From NCBI GenBank assembly GCA_965207885.1, contig OZ242311.1:2272001-2336000 (forward strand): 64,000 nt of DNA, given 5' to 3'. Every line of letters starts with the position of its first letter. Positions within the stretch are counted from its first letter, which is position 1. Source of the DNA: Candidatus Latescibacterota bacterium (GTDB taxonomy: Bacteria; Latescibacterota; UBA2968). Made by a program: the position numbers and the translations under genes. Shown one piece after another: positions 48,946-58,241 of the stretch. Below the pieces are notes generated by a model, which saw nothing but the letters and a program-made list of their open reading frames with translations, was not told the origin of the DNA and did not search any database.

Positions 48946-50247
48946 ATGGGAACTCGATTACAGGCCGGATTTGCACGAACGGATATTACCCCAGATCTGG
49001 GATGTCTGCTGCTGGGCTACCCGGCCCCAGACCGCAGAGCCGAATCCGTACGTGACCGACTCTACGCGAATGCGCTCTACCTGGAACAAAATAGCGTGAG
49101 AGCCGTTATCTTGAGCCTTGATGTGTGCATTGTAGATGATGTCGAAGTCGAGTCCATTCGTCGGGGAATCCTCGATCGAACAGGCATTCCTTCGGATCAT
49201 ATCACTGTCTGTGCTATCCAGACTCACAGTGGACCCTGCACCATTGATTGCTGGGGATGGAGCGAAAAGGACAAACCGTATATCGATAGGCTCGTCGAGA
49301 GAAGCATTGAAGCCGCCGTCACCGCTGCTCAATCACCCATACCTGTAACTGTAGGCATCGGCACAACGCAGAGTGACGTGGGAGTCAACCGACGGGAGGT
49401 CCTTGAAAACCACGAGGTTGCACTGGGTGTCAATTCCTGGGGGCCTTATGATCCCGAGATGACCCTTTTGCGATTTGAAGGAAAAGATGGGCCGCTTGTC
49501 TCATTGATCCACTACGGCGCGCATCCAACCGTTTTCTCCAGTGCCAACAGGGCAGTGTCCCGCGATTGGCCAGGTGTCATGATCGACCGGGTGGAACACC
49601 TCACGGGCGCTCCGGTTTTCTTTGTCAACGGTGCCGTAGGTGATATCGCCCCCCGCACCAATAGCCTCCGCGCCGTCGGAGATGGCGAAATGGCACTCAT
49701 GGAAGTCGGTTTGCGAGCCGGAATGGATGCGATGCGTGCGTACCGGTCCATCAAGACGTTCCAGGACCTGCCGTTGTCCATCATTAACGGGGACATCATG
49801 ATGCCCTACCGGTCGCTGCCGCCACTGGAAGAAGCCGAGCGGGAGTTCGCCTTGACTAAATCCGAAAAGGATGAGCCAGGGAAGGGCATGTGCGAGTACA
49901 AACACTGGGAAGCCGTTATTCATGCCCACAAAACCGAACCGTTACCTGGCAAAACCTACCGGCAGGTGATCACCGCGCTCGGACCGATTGCGTTCGTCCC
50001 TTTTCCCGGCGAGCCATTCGCAGAAATCGTACTTCGATTGCGCCAGTACAGTCCCTTTCAATATACGCTTTGCGCCAGTACTTCGTGTGGCAGCTATGGC
50101 TATTTCGTCACGCGGGATTCGCTGCACCGCGGCGGGTACGAAGTTTGGGTGGCCAAAGCCTTTGGCGCGTACATTCTGGCGGAGAACATCGACGATGTTC
50201 TGGTCGAAGAAAATCTGGCTCTCCTGCGCAATCTGCACGACCTGTAG
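48946..50247 (+). CDS. Neutral/alkaline ceramidase-like amidohydrolase
   Basis: DITP, QTHSGP, VNRR, YGAHP, SRDWPG, PGEPF and GGYE; AGGAGA RBS. Confidence 0.8.
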   Translation: MGTRLQAGFARTDITPDLGCLLLGYPAPDRRAESVRDRLYANALYLEQNSVRAVILSLDVCIVDDVEVESIRRGILDRTGIPSDHITVCAIQTHSGPCTIDCWGWSEKDKPYIDRLVERSIEAAVTAAQSPIPVTVGIGTTQSDVGVNRREVLENHEVALGVNSWGPYDPEMTLLRFEGKDGPLVSLIHYGAHPTVFSSANRAVSRDWPGVMIDRVEHLTGAPVFFVNGAVGDIAPRTNSLRAVGDGEMALMEVGLRAGMDAMRAYRSIKTFQDLPLSIINGDIMMPYRSLPPLEEAEREFALTKSEKDEPGKGMCEYKHWEAVIHAHKTEPLPGKTYRQVITALGPIAFVPFPGEPFAEIVLRLRQYSPFQYTLCASTSCGSYGYFVTRDSLHRGGYEVWVAKAFGAYILAENIDDVLVEENLALLRNLHDL

Positions 50248-50325
50248 GCCATCACATTCAGGTTTCACCTATGGATATCCTCCAGGAGAATCAACTTCCG
50301 GGCTGTTGACTCTTCGCCTTAGAGG

Positions 50326-51882
50326 TCAACCCCTGCGTTCGGCGGCTGAGCCAAAGCCGCCACCGCCGGCCTCGCGCATCGAAATCCGATCACCGGGTGA
50401 CAGCTCGACACGCGATTTGGGGTCGACCAGTTGACCATTGACTTCGTACCGGCGAAGTGCTCCGTCGTCGCCGCCTTGTAGCCCCTTGGCTGCAAATTCG
50501 GTTCGCTGACCCATTAGGGCGATCTCGAGGAGATGGCCGGTGTCATTACGAAAGACCACTTCCTGGCCGTCGCCGCCGCGCCACTTCCCGTCGCCGCCTG
50601 TGTCGGGTAGGATCTCACGCTTTTCGATGGTGATGGACGAGCGGTTTTCCCAGACCTCCGTGGGGATCACAGTCATGTTGGACGGCGCCGGTGTGGCGGC
50701 GCGGCCATCCTGCCCCAGCATAGCACCGAGCCCGCCGGCGAGAAAGAAGAGTGAGGAGATTTCCTCGCCGTCACGGTGACGTCCCTGGACGCTGAAGACA
50801 TTCATCATGGCGGCGTCGGCCTGGACACGGTCCGGCAGGGCCGGCGCCATGGCACCCATCAAGAGCGGGACAACGAAGTGACCCACCGAATGTCGCCCAC
50901 CGGTCGCCCACGGCGGTTGTGCATTGAGGATGCAATGATCGGGTGCCGAGATATCGATCGGCCGTGCCGCGCCGGCATTGTTCGGCAGATTGGGGATCGT
51001 CAGACACTTGATCACGTAGTTGGCCTGGGCGCGGGTGTAACAGAACGGCACGTTAATTGAGGCCCGCACAGGGCCTTCAGTGCCGGTGAAATCTATGGCG
51101 ACATGACTGCCGTTTACTCTGACGTTGGCGGCCAGTTGAATTGGCCGGCCCGGCCCCTCAATTACAATGGCATTGGCATAAGAGCCGTCAGGGATCTCGG
51201 CGATGCGTTCGCACATTGCGGCCTCGGCGTGATCGTTGATGGCGTCGGAGAGTGTTTCGATCTCATCGAGACCGTACTCGTCCATGAACTCCAGCAAGGC
51301 CCGCCCTCCGACTTCGTTACAAGCGACGTTCGCCATCAAATCGCCAACCGTCTGTTCCGGAACGCGGACGTTGGTGCGAACGATATTGAGGAGGAGTTCA
51401 TTTAGCTGCCCACCGTCGCTTAGCTTGCACACGGGAAGGCGCAGGCCCTCGTGGTACACCTCTGTGCAGTCAGACGCCATGCCTTTGCCGCCGATATCTG
51501 GCAGATGCGTGACACTCATGGTGAACCCTGTCAGGCGATCGCCACGAAATACCGGACGCATGACATTGATGTCGAATAAGTGACCGGTGCCCATCCATGG
51601 ATCGTTGGTGGCGATGACATCGCCGGGTTTCAACGTGTTGGCCGGAAACGCACGCAGCATGTGAGCGATGGTCTGTGGTGCCGTTCCGGTGAAGGACGGC
51701 ACCGAGTAGCTGCCCTGCGCCACGAGGTGTGCCCTGGCGTCAAAGATCATACATGACAGGTCGTAGCCCTCTCGAACATTCATGGAGAACGATGTGCGGA
51801 CGAGCGACAGGACGAGTTCGTCGGCAATCGAGACCAGGCGGTCCCATAAGATCTTGAGACTGACGGGATCGTACTGGGTCAT
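50326..51882 (-). CDS. Hydantoinase B/oxoprolinase-family subunit (pair 2)
   Basis: DPVSL, NDPWMGTGHLFD, HLPDIGG, HEG and GGGGFG. Confidence 0.9.
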   Translation of the reverse strand: MTQYDPVSLKILWDRLVSIADELVLSLVRTSFSMNVREGYDLSCMIFDARAHLVAQGSYSVPSFTGTAPQTIAHMLRAFPANTLKPGDVIATNDPWMGTGHLFDINVMRPVFRGDRLTGFTMSVTHLPDIGGKGMASDCTEVYHEGLRLPVCKLSDGGQLNELLLNIVRTNVRVPEQTVGDLMANVACNEVGGRALLEFMDEYGLDEIETLSDAINDHAEAAMCERIAEIPDGSYANAIVIEGPGRPIQLAANVRVNGSHVAIDFTGTEGPVRASINVPFCYTRAQANYVIKCLTIPNLPNNAGAARPIDISAPDHCILNAQPPWATGGRHSVGHFVVPLLMGAMAPALPDRVQADAAMMNVFSVQGRHRDGEEISSLFFLAGGLGAMLGQDGRAATPAPSNMTVIPTEVWENRSSITIEKREILPDTGGDGKWRGGDGQEVVFRNDTGHLLEIALMGQRTEFAAKGLQGGDDGALRRYEVNGQLVDPKSRVELSPGDRISMREAGGGGFGSAAERRG

Positions 51883-53963
51883 GACGTCTCTCCGGCCAAT
51901 GTCGCAATCAAGTTTCCCATGTCATCAACTTCGATCGTGTCGCCAACGCTCAGGACGGTTGTTGCCTCATTCTCCTGGACGAGGGCAGGACCCGTTATGC
52001 GCTGCCCCTGGTCCAGGGCGTAACGATCGTAGACAGGACAATTGGCAAGTCCCGTTGCGTCGTCGCAGAAGATACCGGCCTCACCAATCTGGTCTTGTGA
52101 GGTCAGTGCGCCGCTGAATGGGCGATAGCGATCTGCGAATTCCGGCTCAGGTCCGCTCGCCTCCACTTTCCAATTGACGATCTCAATTCCGGTATCGATT
52201 GGCGTGGCGGCAAAAATCCTGGCATAGGTTTCGCGAAAGAGATCGGCGATGCCATTGCGGTCAATGCCCGGCGGAAGCGGCACTTCAACCTCGTGGCCCT
52301 GGCCGCAATACCGCATGTCAAGCCGCCTGTCAATTTGAATCTGCGCGTCGTCAATGCCGGCCTCTGCAAGGAGGCAACGTGCCTGGCGTTCAACCAGATT
52401 GAATCCGGCGTCGAGGCCATCTGCATCCAATTCTTCGAGATTGACCCGCCCAGAGCGCAAGGTTGCATAGGAGATCGGAGTCATCAAGAGTCCAATCGCC
52501 GACATCACGCCAGCACCGACGGGGAAAACCACCTTTGGGATTCGCAGCTTTCGAGCAATACGAATGGCGTGTGCCGGACCGGATCCGCCAAACGCGATCA
52601 TTGTGCAGCGGCGGTAGTCGAAGCCGATTTCCGCAGCATGGGTGCGGAATGCCCGCGCAACGTCCTCATTGATGACCTCATGAACACCCCAGGCGGCTCG
52701 GATCGTGTCGACCCGAAGTGGTTCGGTGACATTCCGGTCAATTGCATGATGTGCGGCTTCGCTGTCCAGGATCATATTCCCACCAAGAAATGCCTCTGGA
52801 ACCAGATAGCCGAGGGTCAGGTTGGCATCCGTCAACGTTGCGTTGTCGCCGCCCTGGCTATAACAGGCTGGACCGGGCTCCGCGCCGGCGCTCTTGGGTC
52901 CAACGGCCAAAAGATTGCGTTCGTCAACATTGGCGATCGACCCGCCACCGGCACCAATCTCAATCATGTCGATCACTGGGATACGGAGTGGGAGACCGCT
53001 GCCTTGCTTGAAGTCATGCTCTCGCGCCACCTCGAACTCGTAGCGGCGCAGGGGGCGGCCATTGCGGATCAGGGCGCCCTTTGCCGTCGTCCCGCCCATG
53101 TCAAATGCCAGTAGATTGGGTTCGCCAATTCGCTGTCCCAAATTGGCCGCCATGAGGGCACCGGCGGCCGGCCCCGACTCGATAAGCCGCACCGGATAGC
53201 GCCGCGCGATTTCAGGCGTGACCATGCCGCCAGACGATGTCATCACCAGAAAACGACCATCAAATCCCATGGTGGACAGTCCGGTCTCCAGGCGTTCGAG
53301 ATAGCGATCGGTCAGCGGGCGCACATACGCGTTGATCGTGGTTGTCGACCAGCGTTCGTATTCCCGCATGAAGGGCAGTACGTCGGACGAGGTGCTAACA
53401 TGCAGGTCGGGAAATGCCTTCGCGACAGTGTCTCGGGCCTGGTTTTCGTGATTCGGATTGGCATAGGCATGCAAGAAACAGACGGCCAGAGCCTCTATCC
53501 CATGCGCAGAAACCAGGTGTGCGACGGCCGCCTGGACCTCTTTTTCATTCAAGGGTGTCTCAACCTGCCCATCAAATAGGATGCGTTCCGAAAGCTCGGC
53601 GCGCAGATCCCGCGGGACGACTGGCTCTGCAAAACCCAGTCGCAGGTCGAACAAATCGTAGCGACGCTCCATGGCGATATCCAGGACATCGCGGAAGCCC
53701 CTGGTGACCAACATGCCGGTCGTCGCGCCGCGGCGTTCGATGACGGCATTCGTGACGAGCGTCGTGCCATGTGACAGGACGGTGACGTCGGAGATATCGA
53801 CGCTGGTTCGGCTGAGTAGTGCTGCAATTCCGGTCAGAACGCTGAGCGATGGATCGGACGGTGTGGTCAATTGCTTGTGTGTTGAGAGTTCGCCGGAGTC
53901 GTTATCCACCAGTGCGAAATCGGTAAAGGTGCCGCCGATATCGACGCCAAGCCTATGGGCCAT
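51879..53963 (-). CDS. Hydantoinase A/oxoprolinase-family subunit (pair 2)
   Basis: DIGGTFTD, HGTT, ESGPAAG and DMGGTTAK; ATGA overlap with the B subunit. Confidence 0.92.
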   Translation of the reverse strand: MAHRLGVDIGGTFTDFALVDNDSGELSTHKQLTTPSDPSLSVLTGIAALLSRTSVDISDVTVLSHGTTLVTNAVIERRGATTGMLVTRGFRDVLDIAMERRYDLFDLRLGFAEPVVPRDLRAELSERILFDGQVETPLNEKEVQAAVAHLVSAHGIEALAVCFLHAYANPNHENQARDTVAKAFPDLHVSTSSDVLPFMREYERWSTTTINAYVRPLTDRYLERLETGLSTMGFDGRFLVMTSSGGMVTPEIARRYPVRLIESGPAAGALMAANLGQRIGEPNLLAFDMGGTTAKGALIRNGRPLRRYEFEVAREHDFKQGSGLPLRIPVIDMIEIGAGGGSIANVDERNLLAVGPKSAGAEPGPACYSQGGDNATLTDANLTLGYLVPEAFLGGNMILDSEAAHHAIDRNVTEPLRVDTIRAAWGVHEVINEDVARAFRTHAAEIGFDYRRCTMIAFGGSGPAHAIRIARKLRIPKVVFPVGAGVMSAIGLLMTPISYATLRSGRVNLEELDADGLDAGFNLVERQARCLLAEAGIDDAQIQIDRRLDMRYCGQGHEVEVPLPPGIDRNGIADLFRETYARIFAATPIDTGIEIVNWKVEASGPEPEFADRYRPFSGALTSQDQIGEAGIFCDDATGLANCPVYDRYALDQGQRITGPALVQENEATTVLSVGDTIEVDDMGNLIATLAGETS

Positions 53964-55032
53964 GGGATGCTCCACTGAGAACTGAGTGAAACGCCCTCAG
54001 TGTGATCTCAACGGCGTTCTCAGTGATTTCGTGGTGGGTCACAAGACGCACGTCATCTCCGAACGGCAAAACCAGCACGCCCTCACGTTCAAGCGCGGCG
54101 GCAAGGGTTTCGGGGCGCATTGTGTCTGGACGTGCGAGCACGATGTTCGACTCCACCTGGGACTTGTCAATACTAAGAGTTGGCTGGGAAGACAGACCAT
54201 TTGCCAGTTGTCGCGCAGTGGTGTGATCTATGTGCAGTCGTTCGATCATCGTCTCGAGCGCAACGATACCTGCCGCGGCAACAATGCCGGCCGGTCGCCA
54301 ACCGCCGCCGAACATTTGTCTGATGCGCACCGCCTCGGCGATGAACCCATCGGGTCCGGCAAGGATCGCGCCGAGTGGCGCACCAAGTCCTTTGTTGAGA
54401 TTGAAGGAAACGGTATCGCATGTCATGGCGATGTCACGCGCCGGGATTCCTGAGGCGACGGCTGCATTGAAGATCCGCGCGCCGTCAAGGTGCACCGGTA
54501 CCTCCTGACTGCTGGCGATGTCGTAAATAGCTGTCATGTGTGCCGTGGGCACGACACGACCTCCAGAACGCACGTGCGTGTTTTCCTGGGCGACTGCGGC
54601 GGGGCGCGGGTGCTGTGCATCGCTGTGTCGGAGGGAATCACGCAAAGCGTCGAGGTCAAGCGCACCGGCCTGGGCCGGGATCATCTTCGGCATGGCACCG
54701 GACAGCGCGGCGGTGGCGGCAGACTCCGATGTCACCACGTGGGCGTAGGCTTCCGTTACGAACAACTCACCGGGCCTGCAATGAATATGTAGCGCAATTT
54801 GGTTGGCCATCGTGCAAGTCGGCACAAAAAGAGCGTCGTCCTTTCCGATGACCTCCGCCGCGCGATTTTCGAGGTCGGCAACGATCGTGTCTTCGCGCAG
54901 CCCGAAGCCGCAGGGTTGCCTCGCAGCACGCAGCCTGGCTTCAACCATGGCCGGAGTTGGTCGGGCAACAAAGTCCGATCTGAGATCGACGACCTGATCT
55001 GCACCGCCGTCAGCAATGTTCTCGCACATCAT
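53953..55032 (-). CDS. Low-specificity L-threonine aldolase family PLP enzyme
   Basis: DLRSD, TMANQ, ENTH, HLDGARIFNAA and KGLGAP-G. Confidence 0.88.
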   Translation of the reverse strand: MMCENIADGGADQVVDLRSDFVARPTPAMVEARLRAARQPCGFGLREDTIVADLENRAAEVIGKDDALFVPTCTMANQIALHIHCRPGELFVTEAYAHVVTSESAATAALSGAMPKMIPAQAGALDLDALRDSLRHSDAQHPRPAAVAQENTHVRSGGRVVPTAHMTAIYDIASSQEVPVHLDGARIFNAAVASGIPARDIAMTCDTVSFNLNKGLGAPLGAILAGPDGFIAEAVRIRQMFGGGWRPAGIVAAAGIVALETMIERLHIDHTTARQLANGLSSQPTLSIDKSQVESNIVLARPDTMRPETLAAALEREGVLVLPFGDDVRLVTHHEITENAVEITLRAFHSVLSGASHGP

Positions 55033-55062
55033 GTTCCTATCACCACCTGATGGCCATGGGCG

Positions 55063-56622
55063 TCAGCAGCTATGGTCTTTCCTCCCTGCAAGGTCTTCTT
55101 TATCCAGCCACTGTCGCAACTCAGTTTTCAGGATCTTTCCGTAGTTGTTTTTGGGCAAACTATCCACAAAGAAATAGGCCCTGGGGCGCTTGAAGCGAGC
55201 GATATGATCGAGACAGAGCACATCCAACTCGTCCTCCATCTTTTCACGGCCATCCTCCGCCACAACAAAAGCAACAACCTCCTCCCCCCATTCTGGATGT
55301 GGCCGGCCGATCACCGATACCTCCTGGACGGCTCCATGCATCAGCAGGATCTCCTCCACCTCCCGGGGATAGATGTTGGAACCCCCACTGATAATGAGAT
55401 CCTTTGAGCGATCCTTCAACGTCAAAAACCCGTCCTCGTCGAACGTACCCATGTCGCCCGTATGCAGCCAGCCGTTTCGCATGGTCGTTTCGGTTGCTTC
55501 CGGATTTTCCCAGTATCCACACATGACAACATCACCCCTGACAATCACTTCGCCTATTTCGCCAGGAGGGAGCACCCGGTCATTCGAATCGACCACCCTG
55601 ACTTCGACCACCGACTGAGGGACCCCCACCGATTGAAGCCGTTCTTCAAACCGAGCATGATCTTTCTCGGCATGCAGCCCTTTCGACAACGCCGTAATCG
55701 TCATCGGGCTTTCGCCTAAACCGTAGATCTGAACCAGCTTGTTGCCAAATAGATTTATGGCCTGCTTCAGATCGGCTACATACATCGGCGCACCGCCGTA
55801 CACGATCGTTTTTAAGTTTGACGTATTGGCGCTGCGGCTGGTGGGATGATCGACCAGTCGTTTCACCATTGTCGGCGCTGCGAAAATCGTCATCCCTTCG
55901 TGGGAGACAATCAGGTCGAAAACTTCATCAGGATTGAACCGGCCACTCGCCGGGATGACCTGTTTTGCCGCAACAGCGACGTGGGAGAGGTTGTACAGAC
56001 CCGAGCCGTGGGAGAGGGGAGCTGCATGCAGGATGCAATCTTCTGATGAGACCGCATCGACATCGACAAAGTAATTCAGCGTCAACGCCATCAAGTTGCG
56101 ATGACTCAACACAGCTCCCTTGGGGCGACCCGTCGTACCACTCGTGTAGAATATCCAGGCGGGATCGTCGGACGAACGTTCTGCCATCCGAACCGATTTG
56201 CCCTGTCGCAGGGATTTGTAATCGGATGAGGATACACAGCCCACATACTCGAGCGAAGGTATCAGATCGCGAAGCGAATCAATCGTCTCAAGCAAGTCAG
56301 CGGTGACAAAACAGCAGCGGGCGCCTGAGTTCTCGAGGATATACTGAAACTCACGCGCATGCAGCCTGGCGTTGATCGGGACTGTACACAGCCCGGCATG
56401 CCAGGCAGCGTACATCACTTCGAGGAATTCCGCACAGTTCTGCATGGCGAGTGCGATGCGGTCCCCGGGTTTGAGATGGAGTTGATCGAGGAATCGACCT
56501 GCCATGGTCGATACGCGGCTGTAGAGGTCTCCGTAGGAACAGTACGCATTCTTACCAATTGCGATCGCGGGCTTTTCGCTGAAAGCGGTCCCCGCTCTAG
56601 CCACCAGATGAGCGACATTCAA
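55063..56622 (-). CDS. AMP-dependent acyl-CoA synthetase/ligase
   Basis: YTSGTTGRPKG, YGLGE, GWLHTGD, SGG-NIYP-EVE and LPKN-YGK. TTG start at 56622 behind GAGGAGG. Confidence 0.9.
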   Translation of the reverse strand: MNVAHLVARAGTAFSEKPAIAIGKNAYCSYGDLYSRVSTMAGRFLDQLHLKPGDRIALAMQNCAEFLEVMYAAWHAGLCTVPINARLHAREFQYILENSGARCCFVTADLLETIDSLRDLIPSLEYVGCVSSSDYKSLRQGKSVRMAERSSDDPAWIFYTSGTTGRPKGAVLSHRNLMALTLNYFVDVDAVSSEDCILHAAPLSHGSGLYNLSHVAVAAKQVIPASGRFNPDEVFDLIVSHEGMTIFAAPTMVKRLVDHPTSRSANTSNLKTIVYGGAPMYVADLKQAINLFGNKLVQIYGLGESPMTITALSKGLHAEKDHARFEERLQSVGVPQSVVEVRVVDSNDRVLPPGEIGEVIVRGDVVMCGYWENPEATETTMRNGWLHTGDMGTFDEDGFLTLKDRSKDLIISGGSNIYPREVEEILLMHGAVQEVSVIGRPHPEWGEEVVAFVVAEDGREKMEDELDVLCLDHIARFKRPRAYFFVDSLPKNNYGKILKTELRQWLDKEDLAGRKDHSC

Positions 56623-56704
56623 TGGCAAATCCTCCTCGGGACCGTCGTGTAAAGACCCAATCGGGGTCCGGCATGCCCCTGCAATCATAAACCCGCACAA
56701 TCCT

Positions 56705-58126
56705 TTAGGTCCCAATCTCGTCCAGCAACCTCACCGCCTCCTCCACGATCTTCTCCAGACACCCCGGCTCCACCTTTGCCCACTTCGCCGGCTTGTTACG
56801 AATCTCATGCCCGCCCCGCGGGTAACTGTGGCGCGGGGCGATGTAGCCGGCGAAGTCGGTTGTGTTGTGGGCGACGAAAGTATAGGGGAAGGGCGACCGG
56901 ACTTTGATCTCCAGTTGGCCTTCGACGAAGGGCTCGCCGGGGAGTCCGACGAGGGCGATGTCGCCGATGCGCATGACTTGAATCTCATAGGCGAGCTCTG
57001 GGGAGCGCTCGCGCTCAAGCTCCACGCTCATCAGCATGGCCGCATCCATCCAATCGGCGTTCACGCGGCGAGGCGTACTATCTTCATCCCAGCGTGGCTC
57101 GGGGTGCTCGGCAAGGAGCTTCTCGGCGGCTGCGCGGTCGGCGGAATCGGCCTTCTTCAAGGGGAGCGGGACGAGCTTCACTCGTGCGTCCAGCGTGGCC
57201 TCTTCTTCGAAGGTGAGTGCATTGAGGATGTGCCGTGAGGTCTCGGCCAGCGCGCGCCCCATGCGCCGGTGGTCCGGGACGAAATCGGCGTGGAATGCGG
57301 GCCACGGGTTTATGTTGCCGCAGCAACCGTTGAGCACCAGGGGAACGCACGTTTCACCGCATTCCTCCTGCATCCCGGCGCACCAAACGCCCGGCCAGTC
57401 CGGCGAGACGGTGTAGTGCTGCGTGGCGAACACATTGACCGGATGGCACGTGAAGTGAAGGAGCATAGCGCTCATCTTCATTTTCTCATTGCGCAGACAC
57501 ACCATCCCCACCTCGGGGTCCGTCGGACCTTCGAGGAAGGCGATGTCCGTGGGGCCCAGCGGCCTGGACGCCCTGGAGAACTGTCCCGGCATCACTATGC
57601 CCCCGTCGCGAGTTACTCCCCTCCGGTTAAAGGCCAGATCATCACGGACCGCCCGGCCCGCGCCGAGTTGGACCGGATGCAAGGCTTTGTCCGCGGCTTC
57701 AACGCACGAAAGGATTTTGCCGACGGCGTACTCGCAGTACTCAGATTGGGAGCCGCGGAGGTACTCTAGTTCAGGCGGAATGTTGGGCAGCGCCTCGTCG
57801 ATGACAAAGTTGCCGAGGGGCGGCGTGGAATGGGATTGCGGAAGATGTACCATGATGTCGTCGGGCGCGATTCCACAGCGGCGCTCAATGCCCTGGCGAA
57901 TCTTCTGCGTCCACGGAAGCGTGGCGATTTCCAGGTCTGGTTGGACGATACAGAGTTTCCGTGTGCGGGATTCCAGCACGAGAGCCCGGGTGTATAGCGG
58001 TTCCGCCACCGTGCGCGCATCGCGTAACACGCCCCACGTGCCGCCCAAGTGTGTGCCTGCGTTCGGCGTTATGTCAATCAGCGCACCGCCGGCCCGGAGG
58101 ACATTGGGTCGGTCGGATGTAGTCAT
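56705..58126 (-). CDS. Neutral/alkaline ceramidase-like amidohydrolase
   Basis: DITP, QSHSTP, FNRR, GP-DPE, HFTCHP, SPDWPG, GCCGNINP and PGEPF. Confidence 0.78.
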   Translation of the reverse strand: MTTSDRPNVLRAGGALIDITPNAGTHLGGTWGVLRDARTVAEPLYTRALVLESRTRKLCIVQPDLEIATLPWTQKIRQGIERRCGIAPDDIMVHLPQSHSTPPLGNFVIDEALPNIPPELEYLRGSQSEYCEYAVGKILSCVEAADKALHPVQLGAGRAVRDDLAFNRRGVTRDGGIVMPGQFSRASRPLGPTDIAFLEGPTDPEVGMVCLRNEKMKMSAMLLHFTCHPVNVFATQHYTVSPDWPGVWCAGMQEECGETCVPLVLNGCCGNINPWPAFHADFVPDHRRMGRALAETSRHILNALTFEEEATLDARVKLVPLPLKKADSADRAAAEKLLAEHPEPRWDEDSTPRRVNADWMDAAMLMSVELERERSPELAYEIQVMRIGDIALVGLPGEPFVEGQLEIKVRSPFPYTFVAHNTTDFAGYIAPRHSYPRGGHEIRNKPAKWAKVEPGCLEKIVEEAVRLLDEIGT

Positions 58127-58241
58127 AGCGTCTCCTTCTAAAACAAAAGAATCTGTCGGCTGATCAATGAGAAATTCTGTACGAACGATTCTCGCTGCAT
58201 ACAGTGCTAACGATGGCGCTGGACACTATCTTCGAGAAGCA

